Positions 16,808 through 18,257 of a DNA stretch of 18,257 nucleotides are shown here, one piece after another. The stretch is from a virus (lineage: Duplodnaviria > Heunggongvirae > Uroviricota > Caudoviricetes). Both the position numbers and the translations under genes were made by a program. The stretch lies in IMG/VR virus record IMGVR_UViG_2600254997_000004, one strand, 5' to 3'. A model generated the notes under the pieces. That model was not told where the DNA came from, did not search any database, and worked only from the letters and a program-made list of their open reading frames with translations. Every line of letters begins with the position of its first letter. Position 1 is the first letter of the stretch.

Positions 16808-16935
16808 TTGACAATAATGATAATGTTTATATAGAAAGGTTCCCGATGTGTGTTACATATCATTTCTCCACGGGGAATATCCCCACGCCAGCGCAGACTC
16901 TTTTACCCGTTCTCTTCTGCGCTGGCTCTTTTTTA
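16808..16935 (+). ncRNA. Candidate small RNA: sigma70-like promoter (TTGACA-N16-TATAGA, 16808-16835) plus two stem-loops and a U-tract terminator (to 16935)
   Basis: -35 TTGACA at 16808-16813 and -10 TATAGA at 16830-16835; hairpin GGGGA-ATA-TCCCC (16872-16884); perfect 11-bp inverted repeat GCCAGCGCAGA/TCTGCGCTGGC (16887-16926) followed by TCTTTTTTATT; antisense to the tR'-to-S spacer. Confidence 0.3.
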
Positions 16936-17115
16936 TTATGCTGCTGCATTTACCTCTGGCACCATGCTTTCTATCTCAACACAATACGTGGTACTTCTTG
17001 TAACCAATATCATAACGATTAATCGACATAGAATTTCTCCCGTGTACAGGAACAGAGTTAAAAAGCCGGAACCGGAATCAAATCACAGGATGACCATCTG
17101 CCAGTGGCAGGTCAT

Positions 17116-17142
17116 AAAAAAAAGGCCGCGCCATGCGCAGCC
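17116..17142 (-). terminator. Strong intrinsic terminator (tR'-like) about 410 nt upstream of the holin gene
   Basis: Minus-strand RNA GGCUGCGC-AUG-GCGCGGCC (8-bp stem) followed by 8 U; its position relative to S mirrors lambda tR'. Confidence 0.7.
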
Positions 17143-17296
17143 AGAACTCACAAGGAAAATGATAGAAGGAAATAACATTAGTGATGTACGCATGGCGCCT
17201 CCCGCTAAGTTCTGCAATGATCAAACAGAATTCGCTACGTGCCCTTAAAACTCAATCATTTAGCCCCTCCAAGGAGGATTCACCATGCGGTTGATT

Positions 17297-17325
17297 TTTT
17301 AATAAACAGTAAACAAAAAAGTCAA
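17297..17325 (-). promoter_or_regulatory. Candidate late promoter (pR'-like) about 170 nt upstream of the tR'-like terminator
   Basis: Minus-strand TTGACT (plus 17320-17325) followed after 15-16 bp by TATTAA/ATTAAA; AT-rich upstream; spacing to the terminator is like the lambda pR'-6S-tR' arrangement. Confidence 0.3.
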
Positions 17326-17328
17326 GGA

Positions 17329-17439
17329 TTATTCATTCTGTTTTTTCATCATCGGCCACAGCAATACCACAATGCCGCAGACCAGAGCGCCATCAGTCAG
17401 TACCAACATTATCCTGCTGGTGAAATCCATCATCACCAT
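17329..17439 (-). CDS. Hypothetical 36-aa hydrophobic peptide (single predicted transmembrane helix, basic C-terminus)
   Basis: ATG at 17439..17437, stop TAA at 17331..17329; MVMMDFTSRIMLVLTDGALVCGIVVLLWPMMKKQNE; no clear Shine-Dalgarno; ends 4 nt before the candidate -35. Confidence 0.3.
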   Translation of the reverse strand: MVMMDFTSRIMLVLTDGALVCGIVVLLWPMMKKQNE

Positions 17440-17573
17440 CACTAAAAAGCAGGATCACAACAGCAAGCAGACACAGTTTATAAAACAATGTTCAGAAAAC
17501 GCATTCAGCATGCCTAAGGTTCTATTCCTACGAATAGCCAACTTGCAACTTAAAATATTATTTATGCAGCCAA

Positions 17574-17813
17574 TTAAATTCTGGTCCTTACAATATCAAC
17601 CTGAAGATTCTTATCTTGTGCTGATTGATAAATGACAAACCTTTTACTACCTGCATTGAAAGAAGTAGACAAAACCAGACAATTATCATAACGAGCAAGA
17701 ACATAATACCAACCATCATTATAATTAATCATTTCATATTCTTTCTTAAACTGCGGTTTGTAATATCCTGTCAGAAATGAAAAAAGCCAGAAATATGCCA
17801 CAAAAGCAATCAT
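17574..17813 (-). CDS. Hypothetical 79-aa protein with N-terminal hydrophobic segment, encoded in the AT-rich island
   Basis: ATG at 17813 (the ORF-track start at 17816 is GTG); MIAFVAYFWLFSFLTGYY then a polar domain; surrounding DNA is far more AT-rich than the rest of the prophage; weak ribosome binding site. Confidence 0.45.
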   Translation of the reverse strand: MIAFVAYFWLFSFLTGYYKPQFKKEYEMINYNDGWYYVLARYDNCLVLSTSFNAGSKRFVIYQSAQDKNLQVDIVRTRI

Positions 17814-17865
17814 CACAATCTCAAAAAAATGTTTTTTATAAATGGCTTATCATAGAAGCATGATA

Positions 17866-18257
17866 CTGATGAATCCCCTAATGATTTTTATCAAAATCAT
17901 TAAGTTAAGGTAGATACACATCTTGTCATATGATCAAATGGTTTCGCCAAAAATCAATAATCAGACAACAAAATGTGCGAACTCGATATTTTACACGACT
18001 CTCTTTACCAATTCTGCCCCGAATTACACTTAAAACGACTCAACAGCTTAACGTTGGCTTGCCACGCCTTACTTGACTGTAAAACTCTCACTCTTACCGA
18101 ACTTGGCCGTAACCTGCCAACCAAAGCGAGAACAAAACATAACATCAAACGAATCGACCGATTGTTAGGTAATCGTCACCTCCTCAAAGAGCGACTCGCT
18201 GTATACCGTTGGCATGCTAGCTTTATCTGTTCGGGCAATACGATGCCCATTGTACTT
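17866..18257 (+). mobile_element. IS10 (IS4 family, Tn10-type) outside end and 5' portion; continues beyond the window
   Basis: From 17866 the sequence reads CTGATGAATCCCCTAATGATTTTTATCAAAATCATTAAG..., which I recognise as the IS10 terminal inverted repeat, followed by the IS10 transposase start; abrupt junction with the AT-rich island. Confidence 0.85.
17973..18257 (+). CDS. IS10 transposase, N-terminal part (truncated by window end)
   Basis: ATG at 17973 (IS10 bp 108) opens MCELDILHDSLYQFCPELHLKRLNSLTLACHALLDCKTLTLTELGRNLPTKARTKHNIKRIDRLLGNRHLHKERLAVYRWHASFICSGNTMPIVL, open to the end of the window. Confidence 0.85.
   Translation, partial: MCELDILHDSLYQFCPELHLKRLNSLTLACHALLDCKTLTLTELGRNLPTKARTKHNIKRIDRLLGNRHLLKERLAVYRWHASFICSGNTMPIVL

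Noticed and set aside
17083-17193. Minus-strand 36-aa ORF (MRTSLMLFPSIIFLVSSGCAWRGLFFMTCHWQMVIL) with a GGGAGG Shine-Dalgarno and a lipobox-like SSGC
   Set aside because: The reading frame runs straight through the tR'-like terminator hairpin and U-tract, so the hairpin and U-run dictate its sequence. More likely part of a non-coding leader, though a leader peptide is not excluded.
16804-17248. Plus-strand ORFs 16804..17022 and 16850..17248 in the tR'-to-S spacer
   Set aside because: Cys- and aromatic-rich translations that pass through the terminator-like inverted repeat. I interpret the region as a candidate small RNA instead.
17271-17302. Plus-strand AAGGAGG followed by a 5-codon mini-ORF (MRLIF)
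   Set aside because: Too short to be a gene and on the strand opposite the late leader. The match is probably the complement of leader sequence rather than a real ribosome binding site.
1-18257. Search for tRNA genes, CRISPR repeats and attachment-site-like tRNA fragments
   Set aside because: No T-arm or anticodon-arm signatures and no regularly spaced direct repeats were seen by eye. A tRNAscan or CRISPR-finder run would be needed to be certain.

Overview
This window is the late region of a lambdoid, cos-packaging prophage (Enterobacteriaceae type), with almost every gene on the minus strand. Reading from high to low coordinates: a partial IS10 element (17866 to window end); an AT-rich island (about 17440-17865) with small membrane-protein ORFs; a pR'/tR'-like late control region; a phage-21-type lysis cassette (dual-start pinholin, SAR endolysin, Rz with embedded Rz1); a Rha-family regulator gene; the cos site; terminase small and large subunits; a W-like head-tail joining protein; a lambda-family portal; one long ORF encoding a ClpP-like protease, scaffold-like linker and major capsid protein; two small head-completion genes; and a lambda-like tail module Z-U-V-G/T-H-M-L-K that runs off the left edge. 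K is split across two reading frames. I found no rRNA, tRNA or CRISPR array. The items most worth follow-up are the AT-rich island plus IS10 sitting where the Q antiterminator gene would be expected, a candidate plus-strand small RNA antisense to the late-operon leader, the split K gene, and the Rha gene inserted between Rz and cos. All protein assignments come from reading the translations and comparing them with lambda and phage 21 proteins as I remember them; no database search was run.
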